Below are positions 58,604 through 59,501 of a stretch of 59,501 nt of DNA, piece by piece; position 1 is the stretch's first letter, and each line of letters opens with the position of its first letter. Source of the DNA: Candidatus Heimdallarchaeota archaeon (GTDB lineage: Archaea > Asgardarchaeota > Heimdallarchaeia > Heimdallarchaeales > Heimdallarchaeaceae); NCBI GenBank assembly GCA_019057375.1, contig DXJF01000094.1, positions 1 through 59,501 of the forward strand, given 5' to 3'. The translations under genes and the position numbers were made by a program. The notes under the pieces are model-generated. The model did not search any database and was not told the origin of the DNA. It worked only from the letters and a program-made list of their open reading frames with translations.

Positions 58604-59501
58604 ATGAGATTTCCTTGTGAGTTTATTGCATCAACATTTTTACCAAGTTTAAGAATTAGAGTGGCACATGAATTGAGAGATAAAGGATTATCTCAAAACA
58701 AAATAGCAGAAATTTTAGGAGTTAAACAACCCGTAATTGTCTCCTACTTACAAAAGGATATTGCAGAAATAGGAGATAAAAGAGTCAACCCTCATCTAGA
58801 GACTCTTTCATTAGCTGTTTCGGATATGCTCTTTTCAAAGCAGTCACTAGATTATATAATGAGAACAATTTGTACGAAGTGCAAATCTCTAAGGATTAGT
58901 GGTCCTATTTGCTCTATTCATAAGCAGATGCTACCAGAAATCAATAATATACAGAATTGCAACATATGTTATGGATTTGATACTCTTCCAACTATTGCCT
59001 CAAGATCAATAATTATTCAGAATCTAAATGATATTCTAGAAGAAATGAAAAGTGTTAAAGACTTATATCAATGGATACCTGAAATCGGAGCTCAATTAGC
59101 TCACTGTGAAAACGATGCTACTGATTTGGATGATGTAGCTAGCTTTCCAGGAAGAATAGTTAAAGTGAAAGAACAGATTACAAATGTTAGTCCTCCTGAG
59201 TTCGGGTGTTCTAAAACTTCATCGCTTTTACTCCTTTGGATGAAAAAACATCGTCCAGCTATTCAATGGATTCTGAGTGTTAAAACTAAAGATGAACTAA
59301 AAGAAATCTTTCTTACAAAGAAGATTAAATTCATTGAAACAGAACATCTGGATATTGAAAAAAAGCAAGTTCTTTCAGAAATAGAAAAAACCAATAGAAT
59401 AATAGATGTGCAAGTTTTAATTGATAAAGCAAGTCCAGGCTTTGAATCAATTTCATATTTGTTTGCTCAAGACAAGAAGGAATTAATTGACCTTATTAGC
59501 A
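58604..59501 (+). CDS. thiR: ThiR-like regulator: HTH plus thiamine-phosphate-synthase (ThiN) domain; partial at the window end
   Basis: Own translation: MRFPCE...LPSLR...GLSQNKIAEILGVKQPVIVSYL...CTKC...CSIH...CNIC...WIPEIGAQLA...DVASFPGRIV; open to the window end. Confidence 0.8.
   Translation, partial: MRFPCEFIASTFLPSLRIRVAHELRDKGLSQNKIAEILGVKQPVIVSYLQKDIAEIGDKRVNPHLETLSLAVSDMLFSKQSLDYIMRTICTKCKSLRISGPICSIHKQMLPEINNIQNCNICYGFDTLPTIASRSIIIQNLNDILEEMKSVKDLYQWIPEIGAQLAHCENDATDLDDVASFPGRIVKVKEQITNVSPPEFGCSKTSSLLLLWMKKHRPAIQWILSVKTKDELKEIFLTKKIKFIETEHLDIEKKQVLSEIEKTNRIIDVQVLIDKASPGFESISYLFAQDKKELIDLIS

Noticed and set aside
1-59501. CRISPR arrays, tRNA/rRNA genes, long tandem repeats
   Set aside because: I saw no regularly spaced repeats, T-loop GTTCRA cloverleafs or rRNA-like GC-rich stretches while reading the intergenic regions.

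Overview
A low-GC archaeal chromosome segment, very probably from an Asgard archaeon of Heimdallarchaeia type. The evidence is CDP-archaeol synthase CarS, two Ras/Rab-like small GTPases, a ThiR-like regulator and Asgard-style parallel beta-helix surface proteins; the taxonomy is inferred, not searched. The dominant theme from 4.6 to 36 kb is a dispersed anaerobic purine/urate catabolic gene set: MocA, a fused 2Fe-2S/Moco hydroxylase of the Se-dependent XDH type, carbamate kinase, a YgeW-type knotted transcarbamylase, a hydantoinase, SsnA, a PreA-like flavo-FeS enzyme, and canonical XdhAB plus XdhC. It looks like a variant of the bacterial 2,8-dioxopurine pathway. YgeY, YgeX and YgfK are not in the window. 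In their place are an ATCase paralogue with a remodelled substrate pocket, a threonine-synthase-like PLP enzyme and a stand-alone PreA-like enzyme. Insertions have split the cluster and left visible scars: a degenerate 15-bp direct repeat around a 5.4-kb island, and a decayed duplicate of the 5' end of the thrC-like gene. The island carries IS and GIY-YIG remnants, a secreted caspase-fold protease with a membrane-anchored partner, a small ORF behind a possible SD/anti-SD switch, and a truncated TnpB followed by about 350 nt of apparently structured RNA. The rest of the window is housekeeping, redox and iron-uptake genes, plus several short ORFs missed by the ORF track. I saw no rRNA, tRNA or CRISPR array.
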